From positions 2,052,151-2,116,150 of the forward strand of contig MU054001.1 of assembly GCA_013239625.1 (NCBI GenBank): a stretch of 64,000 nucleotides of DNA. The letters are read 5' to 3'. Position 1 is the stretch's first letter, and every line of letters starts with the position of its first letter. A program made the translations under genes and the position numbers. The notes under the pieces are model-generated. The model was not told the DNA's origin, ran no database searches, and saw only the letters and a list, made by a program, of their open reading frames with translations. Shown here in pieces: positions 1 to 13,296 of the stretch. The DNA comes from Lama guanicoe (Eukaryota).

Positions 1-850
1 ACCTGTTTCCACCTGAGTCTTCAGTATCTCAGTCACTAGCTCTACTCTCCTTCCTGTTGCTCAAGCCCATAACCCTCTTTGATCCTCCCCCAAGTCCGAT
101 CTCTCAGCATTCATTCTATTTATTCTACACTAAAAACTTAAATCCATTTCTTCATTTCATCTTTCCCACTTCCACCCCAGGCCAGCCATGGCCTGTGACC
201 TCCTGAGTGAAGCCCTGAGGGTTACAAGGCTAATGAATTATGCCCCTCGAGGGCATCCTTCTACACAGCAGCTAGAGTGACCTTTCAGAGATGCACGTTG
301 GATTGTGTCACGTCCCAGCTTAAATTCTTCCATTGACTTCCCACTTCCTGTGGAATTAAAACCACTCCTTCCATTGGCTTACAGGGCCTTGCATGCTCTG
401 GTCTCTTTTGATACCTTTTTGGATTTATCAAATGGCGTAGTCTCCACACTCACTCCAGTGCCTGGATGTTCTTATTCCTGAACTGCCGAACTCTTTCCTG
501 CCTCAGCGATTTCACCCTTGCTGTTCCCTCTTTCCAGAACACTTTTTTCCAGGTCTTTGACCTCTTCAAGTCTCAGTCCAGATGTCACTCCTCAGAGAGC
601 TCCTGCTGGCCTCCCGCCACTTCCCCATGTAGACTGGTCCTCCTAGGCATTATTTATCCTATTATCCTGTTTAATCTCTTTTATAATGCTCCGAAGGGAT
701 CCCATTTGTTTTGATCCACTTGTTAGTTTAGTCTATTAGTATGTTTTTGCTGTGAAACCAGGCGCTCTCTCTGACTTGTCCCTGCTGTGTTCCCAGAATC
801 TAGAACACTGCGTAGCACACAGCGAGGGCTCAGAGAATGTTTGCCGAAGA
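1..850 (+). mobile_element. LINE-2 (L2) 3' fragment, degenerate
   Basis: Pyrimidine-rich L2-like sequence ending in an L2 3'-terminal-like motif (agcacacagcgagggctcagagaatgtttgccgaa). Confidence 0.7.
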
Positions 851-859
851 ACAAAAGGG

Positions 860-1241
860 TGGTTCTGACTCAGCGTTTCTCGTGGGGTTGCAGTTGAGCT
901 GTTGGTTGGGTTCAGTAATTTGAAGGCTTGACTAGGGCTGGAGGATGCTTCCAGAGCGGCTCACCTACGTGGCAGGAGGCTTGTGTTCCTTGTCATATGG
1001 ACTCTGTAGAGTTGCTCTTGACACTGAAGCAACTTCACCCAGAACAAGCAATCAGAGAGAGAGCAAGGGGGCGGCTGTGAAGACTCTTATGACCTTATCA
1101 CCCATTGTCACCTTTGCAATATTCTGTTTGTTGGAAGAGAGTCACCAAGCCCAGCGTGCACTCAAATGGAAGGTAATCAGAGGCTACCTTTTTGGAGGGA
1201 GGTGTGTTGCAGAATTGGTGGACATATTTTAAAACCACCAC
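860..1241 (-). mobile_element. MaLR LTR (MLT1G/H-like), partial
   Basis: MLT1-type motifs gaaggcttgactagggctggaggatgcttcc and gacatattttaaaaccaccac. Confidence 0.7.
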
Positions 1242-3384
1242 CCTCAGGCCATCATTTGCTAAGCCTGGTACTCTTTCGCTGAGCCTGTATCCTCTCCACC
1301 AGACTTCATCTAACCTTCTAAAGTATGTCACTGGCACCATGGGACCAAGAAGTGAAAATATGGGTGGTTAATCACAGCTAGCCCCCCACCTTCTGAACCA
1401 AAAGAGACCCAGCCTCGTGATGTGTGGCCAGGAGCCTCCTCTTTGTTTGTAAAGGTGGTTCTGGGAAACACTCACAGGCTTGACTTTTCTTCTTTCCTCT
1501 TCAGACTGACTTCACATCTTTCAACATCGGTATTTGGTGGTGGGTGGCACAGATACGAGCTTGGCCCTTAAGCTACAAAAAATGAGGCCCCAGTGATAAC
1601 AACTGGAGATAGAAAATCCAAAGCCAAGAGAAACTTGTCTCTGAGAATCCTAGTTAATTGAAGTAATTAAATCAGCAGGAAGCCATCTGAACAATTATCA
1701 CTCTACAAGGAAAAACTCATTTTAAGGTCTTAGAATAAACCTTCTAATAAATAGCTATTAGTTTGTATTTGTAAATACTAGCAGCTTATCAGGAGATTTG
1801 CTAATAGATTTTTAATTAAGGGGAACCGCACATTTATAGCAGTACTGCCTTGAGTTCAACATCCTTTTCCAGGTTTCGACATGGAGGCCTGGACTCACTT
1901 TGAGAAACTGAGAAGTGGGCTTGATCACTCTTGGCCAAAGTTGCTGACAGTTGTGTTTTTTTTGGATCATGCATTCGAATGTTCCATTAGGAGTAGTTCA
2001 GTGAACTCCTAATATATCCCCACAGGTGGAGGAACCCAAAGACTTGTCCCCATGAAAGAAGCAAGAAGGTCCCTATAGAAATATGGTTGATGCTGTTGTC
2101 AGAGGACCAAGTGGTTCCCACAGGAGTCCTGATCATGGTGGTGTGTGTAGGTGTCTGTGTGAACTTCTCCCCCTTGAAAACTGATAATTTTTCAAGGAAG
2201 TATGCATTGCTTACTTTTTTTAAAAAAGGGATTTATCCTTATTGAAGTTCCTTCCAATTATACCATCTCATTAATCCTTACCGAAACCTTGTGAAATACG
2301 TAACACAGATATGAGTAGCCCCGTTCCCTGGAAGAAATGATTGAGGGCAAATGTGATTTAATGTCATCCAGCAAGTCAAAGACGGAGTTGGACCAGACCC
2401 CAGTCTTCTAGCCATTCTTCGTCTGACTCCACTTCGATGTTTCCTAATCTTCCTTTAACATGGAGGTGCTGAACTCTTTGGGGCTCCCCTTGAAGGGGAC
2501 CTTTCCCAAGGAAAAAAAGGCCATTTGTACCGACATAATTTTATATACAATTTAGAGGATTTAATCAACCCCTGGAAGTCAGTGGTGGACCCCCTAAGGG
2601 TCTATTTATCCCAAGTTAAGATCTCAGGCCCGTTACCCAGCAGTAAGGCGTTATCCACCAAGCAGAGGTTTAAACATCACATGAGAACTGGAGATCCAAC
2701 CTTTTTCTCTAAGCAGAGATTCCCTTCCCAGTTCCCGAGTCTGGTGTCTGTCAGTAATTAGGGGGGATGGGCTCCAGGTTGAAAATATCAATTCACAAGG
2801 GATTTAGCCTCTTTGTTAACCTTGTCAGAAGCCACCCATGTTAGCTTTTCCTGTAATATTTGTGTGATTACACGTTTTGGAATCAGGTATCCTAACTAGA
2901 ATCTCTCACTCTTTTCTCCAATTCAAGGTTCATGTGGGGGCTTTTGCTTGGATTGGGCATTAAGTGGCTCTGTTTTATGGGTACACCCACATCCCCTCCC
3001 CCACCCCTTCTTTGACACATCAGTGGCAAAGTAATATGATAAAGTTCTTACTTGACACACTGAGTAGTCTGTAATATGCTAACATTTCTGTATCATGTTA
3101 GTATTGCATTAAGCTAATATGACACTAATTCAAGATGACAGGAAAAATGACTAATACAATAAGACCTTCGTCTAGCTCTCTTGGGCTGCCACACGTGTCT
3201 GATTTAATTCACCTGAAACCTCCCATGGATAGACAGGGTTAGGGTGCATTAGGGCCATTAAAAGTGAAAGTCCCTGCAAAACAAAAACAACCAGGTATTT
3301 CCTGCCTGCCTGTCCCTCCCCCATGTTCCCACCTCCACATTCCAGTTCCTGGAGGGCAGTCAAATAGGAGGAGTGGTTGGTTGA

Positions 3385-3545
3385 ATACATTAAGTTCCAG
3401 GTCTTAGTTCTCCAAGTATTAATCCTGGGCAAGTTCCTTAACTCTTGAGTTTCAGTTTCCTGTGAAAAATAATGTAATAACCTCACGGGGCAATTTTAAG
3501 GATTAAATGAGGCAATGTATACATAGTAAGTATTCAAAAAATGAT
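3385..3545 (+). mobile_element. MIR SINE fragment
   Basis: MIR core: ctgggcaagttccttaactcttgagtttcagtttcctgtgaaaaat...aggattaaatgag. Confidence 0.75.
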
Positions 3546-3634
3546 GATGATAGTGATGACGACAAAATGATATCTCACCGGACCTTGAAACAGAGGGAGT
3601 TACTTGGAAAACTCTTTTGGATCTAGAGATTTAC

Positions 3635-5625
3635 TTAAAAATTTTTAAAAATTGTGATAAAAATGCATACATAAATTTTCATCATTTTAACCACTTCTGA
3701 GTGTATATTCAGTAGTGTTAAGAATATTTACATTGTTGTGCAACAGATCTCTAGACCTTTTTCATCTTGCAAAACTGCAACTCTAGACCCATTAAACAAC
3801 TCCCACTTCTCCCTTCCCCCAGCCCCTGGAAACCACTGTTCTACTTTCTGTTCTTATGAATTTGACTGCTCTAGGTGCCTCATATACGTGGAATTATATA
3901 GTATTTGTCTTTTTGTGACTGGCTTCTTCCACTTAGTATAATGTCCTCAAGTCTCTTCCATGTTGTAGCATGTATCATAAATTCCTTCTTTTTAAAGGGT
4001 GAGTAATATTCCATTGTGTGAATATATATATATATATATGCACACACACACATATATACACACACACACATCATATTTTCTTTATCCATTCCTTTATCGA
4101 TAGACATTTGGGTTATTCACATCTCCTATTGTGAATACTGCTGGAATGAACACAGGTGTGCGGATATTTCTTTGAGACCCTGCTTTTTTTTTTTAAAAGA
4201 CTGCTTTTTAAAACCTTTATTTTATTTTATAACTTTTTATGGTGGTACTGGGGATTGAACCCAGAACCTCGTGCATGCTAAGTGTATGCTCTGCCACTGA
4301 GCTATACTCTCACCCCTGAGACCCTGCTTTTAATTCTTTTGGATATATACCCAGAAGTGGAATTTTTGGGTCACGTGGTCATTTTATTTTTAATTTTTTG
4401 AGGAACCACCATACTGTTTTCCACAGCAGCGGTACTGTTTTACATTTCCATCAATAGTGCACAAGGGTTCCAATTTCTCTACATCCTTGCAAATACTTGC
4501 TTTTTAAAAATTTTAATTATTTTTTCTGATAGGCATCTTAATGGGTGTAAAGTGACATCTCGTAGTTTTGATTTGCGTTTGTCTAATGGCTAGTAATGTT
4601 GGGCGTCTTTTCAAATGCTTGTTGGGCCATTTGTATATCATCTTTGGAGAAATTTCTTTTTAAGTTCTATGCCCATCTAAAAAATTGAGTTACTTGCTTT
4701 TTATTGTTGAATTGTAGGAGTTCTTTATCCATGCTGAATATTAACCCCTTAACAGATACATGATTTTCAGGTATTTTCTCCCATTCTTTAGGTTGCCTGT
4801 TCACTCTATTTATTCTCTCTTTTGATGAACAGACATTTTCATTTTGTTCTAGTCCAATTTGCCTAGTTTTACTCTTTTTCCCTCCTGGGCTTTTGAGGTC
4901 ATATGCAGGAAAACCTTGCCAAATCCAATGTCATGAAGCTTTTCCCCTTTATTTTCTTCTAATTGTCTTATAGTTTTAGTTATTAAAATTTAAGCCTTTG
5001 ATCCATTTTAGATAATCTTTGTACACTGTATATATTGGTAAGGATCCAACTTCAATTGTTTTGCATGTGGCTATCCAGTCTTCCCGACACAATCTTTTGA
5101 AAAAACTGTCTTTCCCTCACTTAATAGCCTTGGCATCTGTGTTGAAAGTCATTTGACCATATAATGTGAGAATTTGTTTCTGGGCTTTCTATTCTCTGTC
5201 ATTGGTTTATATATCTGTCTTTATGTCTGTTCCACACTGTTTTAACTACTGGAGCTTTGTAGTAAGTTTTGAAATCTGGGAGTATGAGACTTCCAACTTT
5301 ATTCATCTTTTTTCAAGATTGTTTTGGCTTTCCAGGGTCTCTTTAAATTCCATAGGAATCTTAGGATGGATTTTCCTATTTCTGCAAAAAAATATTGTTG
5401 GGATTTTGATTGCGATTGCATTGAATCTGTAGATTGCATTAGAAAATATTGACATCGTACATTTTCCAATCCATGAATATGGGATGTTTTACCATTTATT
5501 TGTCTTCTTTAATTTCTTTCAGAAATGTTTTGCTGTTATCAGTGTATGTAAGTCTTTTGCCTCTTCTGCTAAGTTTATTCTTAAGTATTTTATGATTAGT
5601 TTTTGATGCTATTTTTTCCCTTCAT
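3635..5625 (-). mobile_element. Old L1 (L1MB-like) 3'UTR plus 3' part of ORF2, 5'-truncated
   Basis: L1MB-type 3' end at ~3640; ORF 3880-4107(-) carries degenerate L1 ORF2 C-terminal motifs (HTMEYYS...HATTW); interrupted by a SINE at 4188-4316. Confidence 0.85.
4188..4316 (-). mobile_element. tRNA-Ala-derived SINE (camelid vic-1-like)
   Basis: Reverse complement reads GTATAGCTCAGTGGCAGAGCATACACTTAGCATGCACGAGGTTCTGGGTTCAATCCCCAGTACCACCA, with A/B boxes and an AGC anticodon loop; 15-bp TSD tgagaccctgctttt at 4173-4187 and 4317-4331. Confidence 0.9.
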
Positions 5626-6381
5626 TTCTTTTTTCTTTTTTTGGATTGTTCAAGGAGACTTACTTTTTGTTATTTATTTTCTTAAAGTGTTTAGTTTTTC
5701 AAAATTATATGAGTATACAGTAAAAAATTCACACAGCATAAGAATATATACAGTGAAAAATGTCTCCCTTCATAGCTGACCTCCAGGTCCAAACTCCCCT
5801 TCCCAGAATCCATCATCCTTGCTAGTTTCTTGATGCTTTCCAGAGATACGCTGTTTTGATATAGTCATTTTATGAACAGATGGGATGTACAATACACTGT
5901 TTTGAACCTTGCTTTTTTTTTTATCTTTTAAACTCAGTATATCATGGAGATGGTTCTGTATCAGCATACTGGGAAATGCTTCATTCTTTTTAGAGGCTAC
6001 TGACTTTGTAGTTGTACCTTTATGTTTTAAATCATTTCCATAGTGAGGGACATTTAGATTGTTTCCAAGTTTTTGCTCTTAGAAAGAATGCTTCAGTGGA
6101 ATCTTTGTACATGTATTTTTGAGCACGAGTACAAATATACCACTAGGATAAATTCTTGAATATGTTTCTAGAATGACAATTGCTGGGTCAAGATTATGTC
6201 CATGGGAATTCTGGGGAGATGTTATTTGCATTTTAACAATTTACATGCTGCTGATAGTATATGAAGATGGAGGTTTTCCCCATATCGCCGGCAGCATTTT
6301 GATTTTTGCCAATCTCCTGGGTTACAATAATGGCATATTTTAAAATGATTTAATTTACATTTTCATAATAATAAGTATATA

Positions 6382-8138
6382 TTTTTTCTGGCTTTATTGA
6401 GATATAATTGACATATAGCACTGAACCCATTTAAGATGTACAGCATAATGATTTGACTTACATACATCATAAAATGGTTACCATGGTAAGGTTAGTGAAC
6501 ATGCATCATCTCATATAGATACAAAATTAGAGAAATAGAAAAAAAATTTTTTCCTTGTGATAAGTCTTAGGATTGACTCTCTTAACAACTTTCATATATA
6601 ACACACACAGTATTATATTTATCATGTTTTATATTGCCTCCCTAGTACTTATTTATCTTGTATCTGGAAGTTTGTGCTGATTGACTATCTTCATGCAAAC
6701 TCCCCTCCTCCCCAACCCACTCCTGCCTCTGGTAACCACAAATCTTATCTCTTTTTCTATGAGATTGTTTGTTTTTGAAGTATAATTGACCTACAACATT
6801 ATTTAGTTCCTGTTACACAACATAGTGATTTGATATTTCTATACATTTCAAAACGATCACCATGATGAGGCTAGTTCCCATCTGTCACCACACAAAGATA
6901 TTACATAACTGACTATCTTCCCCACACTGTACATCTCATACCGGTGACTCATTTATTTTGTAACTGAAAGTTTGTACCTCTTAATCTCCTTCACTTATTT
7001 TTCTCCTTCCCCCCACCTCCCCTGGTAACCATCTGTTCATTCTCTGTATCTATGACTCTCCGTCTATTTAGTTGTGTTTGTTCACTTGTTTTGGTTTTTA
7101 GATTCCACATAAAGGTCAAATCATGCAGGATTTGTCTCTGTGTGGCTGAACCACATTGACTCCATTTTGTTAGCTCCATCTTAGGCCTGCAGTGCTGCTC
7201 CTTCCCCTGTCTGTGTGGCTGAGCTCCAGCCCAACTCACCAGGAATGCACCCAAGCCAGGTACGTTCCCTATCAACTTTTATCCTTGTCTTCACCTGATA
7301 TGAAACCTGGAAGAATGTCTTTTGCTTATGCAGATGGCTAATGGCCCTCAAGGAATAATGGTCATGAGACCTCCAGGGCAGGAAAACCCCGGTTCCCATG
7401 GGTGTAGACGTGCTTTTCCCTTAGTAGTCAGATTCTGTTTTTAGCTGTGGTCCTTTTAAACCCTCCTGTACCTCTTTCAGCTGCACGGGATGTAGCTGCC
7501 AATGCCTCCGAATTGCCATTTGTCCAATCCTGTCTGTATGTAAGTGACCCACAATAAACTTCATAATTATTAGCACTTTATGGAGTTGCCTGCTTTGTTT
7601 TTTGATCTCAAAGTTTCTTTTCAGTTTGGAGTATATTATTCAAAATCCCTACCTTGCAACAGTCTTTCTCTGTCTGACTTATTTCACTTAGCATAATACC
7701 CTATATGTCCTTTGATGTTGCAAACGGCAAGATTACATTCCTTTATTATGGCTGAGTAGTATTCCATTGTATACATATACCACATCTTCCTTATCCATTC
7801 ATCTGCTGATGAGTGCTGAGCTTGCTTCTGTATCTTGGCAATTGTACATGTACATAGCAGGGCAAATATCTTTTCAATTACTGTTTTCTTTTTCTTCAAA
7901 TAAATACTCAGAAGTGAAATTGCTGGATGGTTCAGTAGTTCTATTTTTAGTGTTTTAAGGAATCTCCATACTGTTTTCCATAGGATCAATTTACACTCCC
8001 ACCAACAGTGTACCAGGGTTCCCTTTTCTCTATATCCTTGCCAACACTTGTTATTTGTTGTTTTTTGATAATAGCCATTCTTATTGGTGTGAGGTGATAT
8101 CTCTTTGCAGTTTTTAGTTGCATTTCCCTCATGATTAG
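6382..8138 (-). mobile_element. L1 3' end (L1MA9-like), split by a solo LTR
   Basis: L1 3'UTR from 6382; ORF 7684-7989(-) [25 protein letters not shown]...MEYYSAI matches the L1 ORF2 C-terminus. Confidence 0.85.
7139..7661 (+). mobile_element. Solo LTR of an endogenous retrovirus (523 bp)
   Basis: Starts TG (7139), ends CA (7660-7661); 5-bp TSD gtctc/gtctt (7134-7138, 7662-7666); AATAAA at 7553-7558; interrupts L1 sequence atttgtct|ttctctgtctgacttatttcac. Confidence 0.85.
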
Positions 8139-8149
8139 ATGTTCAGTAT

Positions 8150-11100
8150 ATTTTTAACAGGCTTTTTTTTTTTTAACCCTGTGAGCCACATTGCATACTG
8201 GATGTCCATTTATTGGATTGTTGAATTTTTCTCCTTAACTCATAAAAAGCTTCTTATGTCAGACAAAAATAGCCCTTTGTCATGTGTGTCACAAATACTT
8301 TTTCCCATTTTTTGTTTGTTTTTAACTTTGTTTATGGTGACCATTTTATTATAGAGATATTACATTTTTTTGTGGAATCAAATTTTAAATTTAAAAAAAT
8401 TAAAAAATTTTCTTTGTGGCTCTTGAGTTTTACATCATGCTTCAAGTGGCCTTTTCTATTCCAAAACTTAAAAAAACCTAAATTATCCTGTTTTTTTGTA
8501 GTGTTTTCATTTTTTATATTTAAATGTTTGATCTATTTAACACTTATTTTGGAATAAGAAGTGAATTAGTGGTCTGTTTCCCCCTTAAAAAAAATGGTTA
8601 GCTAAGTTGTCACAATACTTTTTATTGAAAAGTCACAATACTTTTTATTGAAAAGTTTCTATTTTTCTCCTCTGATTGAAATGCTACTTCAGTCAAATAA
8701 TACAATTCCATAGGTATTTAGATCCATTTCTAGACTCATTGTTCTGTTCTGTCTGTTTTATGCACCTGGACCAACTTATTTTAATTACTGAAGCCTTATA
8801 GTTCCCCAGAATGAGCCTTACTCATTCCAGAAATATTCTATTGATATAATATTGAGATTATATAAAATTTATAGGTTGACTTAGGGTGAGTGACATCTTT
8901 ATAATACTCAACTCTCCTTCCAAAGACAGGGTTGTCTTTCCATTTATCTGAGTTTTCTTTCACAACCCTCAGTAGTGCCTTAAAGTTTTCTTTTTATAGT
9001 TTCTTATTCCAGGTATTTTATAACAGATTTTTTTTCTTCCATTATGTGTTTCTAATTGGGATATTGTATATAGAAAGCTATTGTTATGTGTATATAAAAT
9101 TTAAATACTCACTTTACTGTGTTCTCTCTCTCTTTTTTCCTAATAGCTTTGTAGTTGATCCTCTTGGGTTTCATAGGGATGCAAGCACATAATGTGCAAA
9201 TAATCATTATTTTGCCTTTCCATTTTCAATTTTAACCATCACATTTTTATGGCTTGCTAAGGCATCCAGAGCAATCTTAAAGCATAATGGTGGTGATGAG
9301 TATCTTTCTTTATCCCAGACTTTAATGAGAATGATTTAGTAATTCACTATTACACATGGTGATAACTTTTTCTTCATATATATTTATAAATACTTAAAAA
9401 ATCATATTAAAGATATATCAATTTCCTTATATTTCAATAATGAGTTTTTTCAACCAAGACTGAACATTGTTTTTTATCCAATACTTTTACCAGCATCTTT
9501 GAAGACACGTATATCATTTCTCTCCATTGATATGTGACTCCAGTGAGTCCCTGATGTTGATCTGTCTTTGCATTTTAAATCTTCATGTGCTCTCAGATCC
9601 TAAGTGCTGATATTTAATTCAGAATTTTTGCATTACTATTCACAAGTGAGGTTTACTGTGTCTTTTCCTATTATGCTATTTTTTGGGGTTAGATTTTGGT
9701 ATTAAAGTTTTGCTAGCTTTGTTCAAAGAAGTTGGAAGTAATCTTTGAAGGCTCTGAAGTAGCACTAGAGTTGTGTTCTGTGAGGGTCTGGTTGGTTTCC
9801 TTTGTGAAACTATCTTCTACATTTTGAGTGGCTGCCTCTTTGATTTCTTTCTGAATTACTTCTAAAATTTGTGTGTTTTTAAAAAAGTGTAGCTCTATGT
9901 GGTCCCACTTGTGATGTAAAAACGTTACAATAAATTAATGTCTATGAAAATGAATGTATTTATACCCTCCTGGGTCAGCTGCGATTAGACTTCTCTAGGA
10001 AATTCATTATTTGATCCCCGTCTTCAACTTTTTAAGAAGTTGAAGTCTTTATTATGATTCTTTGAATTATCTTTTATTATTTCCCCGCCATCACTTGATA
10101 TTTTGTACTCGTTCTGTTTTCTTTGTTAGGTTAGTTTATACTTCCTTAAGGAATTTGTGGACCTTGTATCTGTCTTTTACCGTTTACTGTTGTGGTGGGG
10201 CAGTCTGAGAACAGAGTGACATTTCTCTGCCACAAATGGGATTTGAATTTTTTTTCTGCCTCCTTTTCCATAGGTTTTTTTTTTTTCATTATTGTTAAAG
10301 TCAAGTAATTTTTAGTAGAATATGTCTTATTTTGCCCAATTTATGTAAACTTTTCCTGGGACATTGTACACTGTATCAGTCTGTAGATTTCATTTACTTA
10401 GAAGCATTTTCTTGCATTTTATCTTTTATTATTATTATTTTTCTCTTTTCTTTGTGGTTTCCTCATCTACAGTTTTCTCTCTATTACATTTAATATTTTC
10501 TTCATTGTGCTTCATTTTCTTAAGCCAGTTCTACATGTCTAGAAATACCAATTTTCAGTAATATGAATTATCTTTTTTGATGGTTCTGATGTGATTTTGT
10601 TTTTGTGATAATTTAATTTTTTTGTTATGCTTTTCTCTGAGCTCTGCCAGATCTTTTTCTTTCTTTTTAAACTGTCTTTTGTTGTCTTATTATTTTTATT
10701 TTTTTCCTTCAACTATTGCATCTTTGGGATCTTGTTTCACAGAGATGGTATTTTAAAAAAAATCTTTTGATCTCATGGAGAAATGTTGGTCATATTTTTT
10801 ACTTGCTTCTAGGTGGTTTGTGTGCGTGTGTGTGTGTTTATCTACCTTTTATTTGACATTTCCTTTCTCTTTTTTCTTTGTGTATGTCTGATGGTGACTC
10901 TTTCAAAAATTATCACTCATCTTTGAATTGAGGGTGTGAGCTTCTTCCGAGACTAGTTATTTGCTGAGGGATGGCGTATGGGAAGGGCTGGAGGGAATGA
11001 GCTGGGAAGAAGGCAGTCTGAGTAGCAGGTGGACTGAGTTTAACCTGTTGTCTCCAGAAGTAGTCTTAGAAAGACTTTCCTTTGTGGCTATGATTCTTCT

Positions 11101-11450
11101 TCAAGTTAGCAAGAAGACTTCTAGACACTATATATGACACAGATTTGAGAAAATAATTTATTTCAGGCTTTTTTTGCCTCAGTTAACAATAATTGCAGCT
11201 GCACTTTTCCTTTCTTTCTGCCTGACCAATATTTTGCTGACTTGCATTTGTGCATTCTCTCTCTCACACACACACACGCTTACACAAGTGTTATCATATT
11301 ATTCATATTGATCTTTAATTTGATTTTCTTCAGTAAATATGATGAAGTCATCTCACGCAATTTTTTTTTTTTGGTATTTTGTTCAAAGTTTATATTTGTC
11401 ATATACCCGAGAGTTAGTCTGATGTAAGTTACTCCACCATATTTGGACTG
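8150..11450 (-). mobile_element. Very old, degenerate L1 (L1M/L1ME-like) fragments
   Basis: T-rich strand with degenerate antisense L1 ORF2 motifs (e.g. gttgacttagggtgagtgacatctttataatact); boundaries uncertain; probably continuous with 5660-6375. Confidence 0.55.
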
Positions 11451-11699
11451 GAAATTCAATTAAATGTGATCTTAATTTGGGGTTTTATAGTTCAAAAGTT
11501 TCTTCTGTTATAAGCCAGATATTCAGTATAGAGTAAATATGCATTAGATTCTTCTGATTCTACCTGTTAGTTGTATCTTACACTTACCTATTTCTTTCTA
11601 TCGTCATTACTACCGTTTACATCCAAGACAGCATCAATGCCTACCTGGACTTCTGCAGTAGCCTCCTGAATGTTTGCCTCATGTTCACTCTTGCACCCT

Positions 11700-12122
11700 T
11701 GGGGTAAACAGCCATTCCTATTTTCTTGGCTGCAGCACCATGATTTTTCTTGTGGGAACCTCCAGTTCCATTAGGTACAGCCTTAGTGGGAGTCTCAAAT
11801 AAGGGGCTCCTTACTCCTTCCAACCCACTCATCTGGCCCAGGGGTGGGCATCTGATGTATACTAGACATTCAGATTCTCCATATCAGGAATTTAAATTTT
11901 GAGAAGAATGTAATAAAGACTGAAAATGACTGCAGTTATTCATCCCATTGGCAGTACCAGAAGAGACTATCCATTAATTTTTGCTTCCAAGCCAAAATTT
12001 TAGATTTTCTTTTGATTCTGGGTCCTGGCTCATAGCCTTCTAATAAATCACTCTTTTTTTTTTGCTTAGGTTAACCTGAGTGAATTCCTGTTGCTTACAA
12101 CCAAATAATTTTAACCAATATT
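11700..12122 (+). mobile_element. MaLR LTR (old MLT1-like) nested in L2
   Basis: aataaatcactct..., with an MLT1-type end ttcctgttgcttacaaccaaataattttaaccaata. Confidence 0.55.
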
Positions 12123-12127
12123 CAGAA

Positions 12128-12555
12128 TATCAGTTAGGATAAAGAGTAAGCTGCCCTAACAGAAACTCCAAAATGCAGTGGGTCAAGCAAGATCTAAGTT
12201 AGTTTCTTTTGGGTAACAGTCCAGAGTGGGTGAGAGGGTCTGTGCTGTAAGGCCACTTGGGCCCAGATGGCATCCTCCTTGTTGCTCTGTCAATTCCTAG
12301 GGTATTGTCCTTGTCCTCTTGGTTGGTGCTGGATCACCACCACATCCACGTTCTAGCCCATGAAAAGGTGAGAGGAAGCCCATGGCAATCCCTTCCTGTT
12401 AAACAGGTGAGTACAAGTTGCTTACTCTGCGTAAGCCTTTATTTCATGCCATGTCTTTCTGAAAGGGAGGCTGGGAAATGGAGGCTCTAGCTGAGTGAAC
12501 ATGTGGCCAGGAAGAAGGGAAGAAGGATTTGGGGACAATGGGCAGTTTGCCACAT
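12128..12555 (-). mobile_element. MaLR LTR (MLT1J-like)
   Basis: Begins tatcagttaggataaag...taacagaaactccaaaatgcagtgg, the reverse of an MLT1 3' end; tail-to-tail with the preceding LTR. Confidence 0.6.
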
Positions 12556-12606
12556 ACCATCTTTCAGATCTACGGCTCACACAAAGGCGAGAGTGGTGAC
12601 GTGTGC

Positions 12607-12681
12607 GCACATGCACGCACACACACACACACAAACACAACACACACACATACACACACAAACACACATACACATATACAC
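12607..12681. repeat. Imperfect (CA)n microsatellite
   Basis: Direct read of the sequence. Confidence 0.9.
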
Positions 12682-12689
12682 CCTGCACA

Positions 12690-13215
12690 TGTAAACTTGT
12701 CATCTTCCTGCCTAAAAGCCTCCCATGGACTCTCACTGTGGTTAAATTAAGACCAAGACTGTCACATGGCTTCCAGCCACACTGGAATTCTGCCCTGTCT
12801 CTGATCTCCTGGCCCTGCCCATCACCCTGGCATTTTCTTCCTTGGTTACACAAACTGCATTTTTTTTTAAAATGCATCATGGGCTGTTTTCTCTGCTTAG
12901 AACATTCTTCCCCCCCTTTCCCTTGACTTGTTAACTGCTATTTACCCTTCATTTCTCAACTTAATCATCACTTTTTTTGAGGAAGCCTTCACAGACCCCC
13001 AGATTAGATCATAATCCCCCGATAAACAGTCTTGTGCACCCTGTACCTTATTTTTCTATTATTTTATAAACTTAAGTCACAATACGACTGATTAGTATTG
13101 TTCTCCTCTGCCAGAATGTCAGCCCCATGAGGTCAGGAAACACACCCACCTGTCATCTTGGGATGATCCTCAGCCCCCAGCACAGTGCTTGGCTCCAAAA
13201 ACCCTCAATAAGACC
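12690..13215 (+). mobile_element. L2 3' fragment
   Basis: L2 motifs ending agcacagtgcttggctccaaaaaccctcaataa. Confidence 0.65.
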
Positions 13216-13296
13216 ATGAGAGAAGGGAGGATGTGGTAGGGTGCTATAATCTCACATTTGGGATGAAAGTCTCTTGGCTCTAAGAAACTGGGGTAG

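Noticed and set aside
3070..3108. Possible miRNA-like hairpin (ctaacat...atgttag)
   Set aside because: Stem too short and AT-rich for a pre-miRNA.
12422..12926. Overlapping ORFs of 63-152 aa
   Set aside because: Open because of the (CA)n microsatellite and L2/LTR sequence; peptides are HT/CV repeats.
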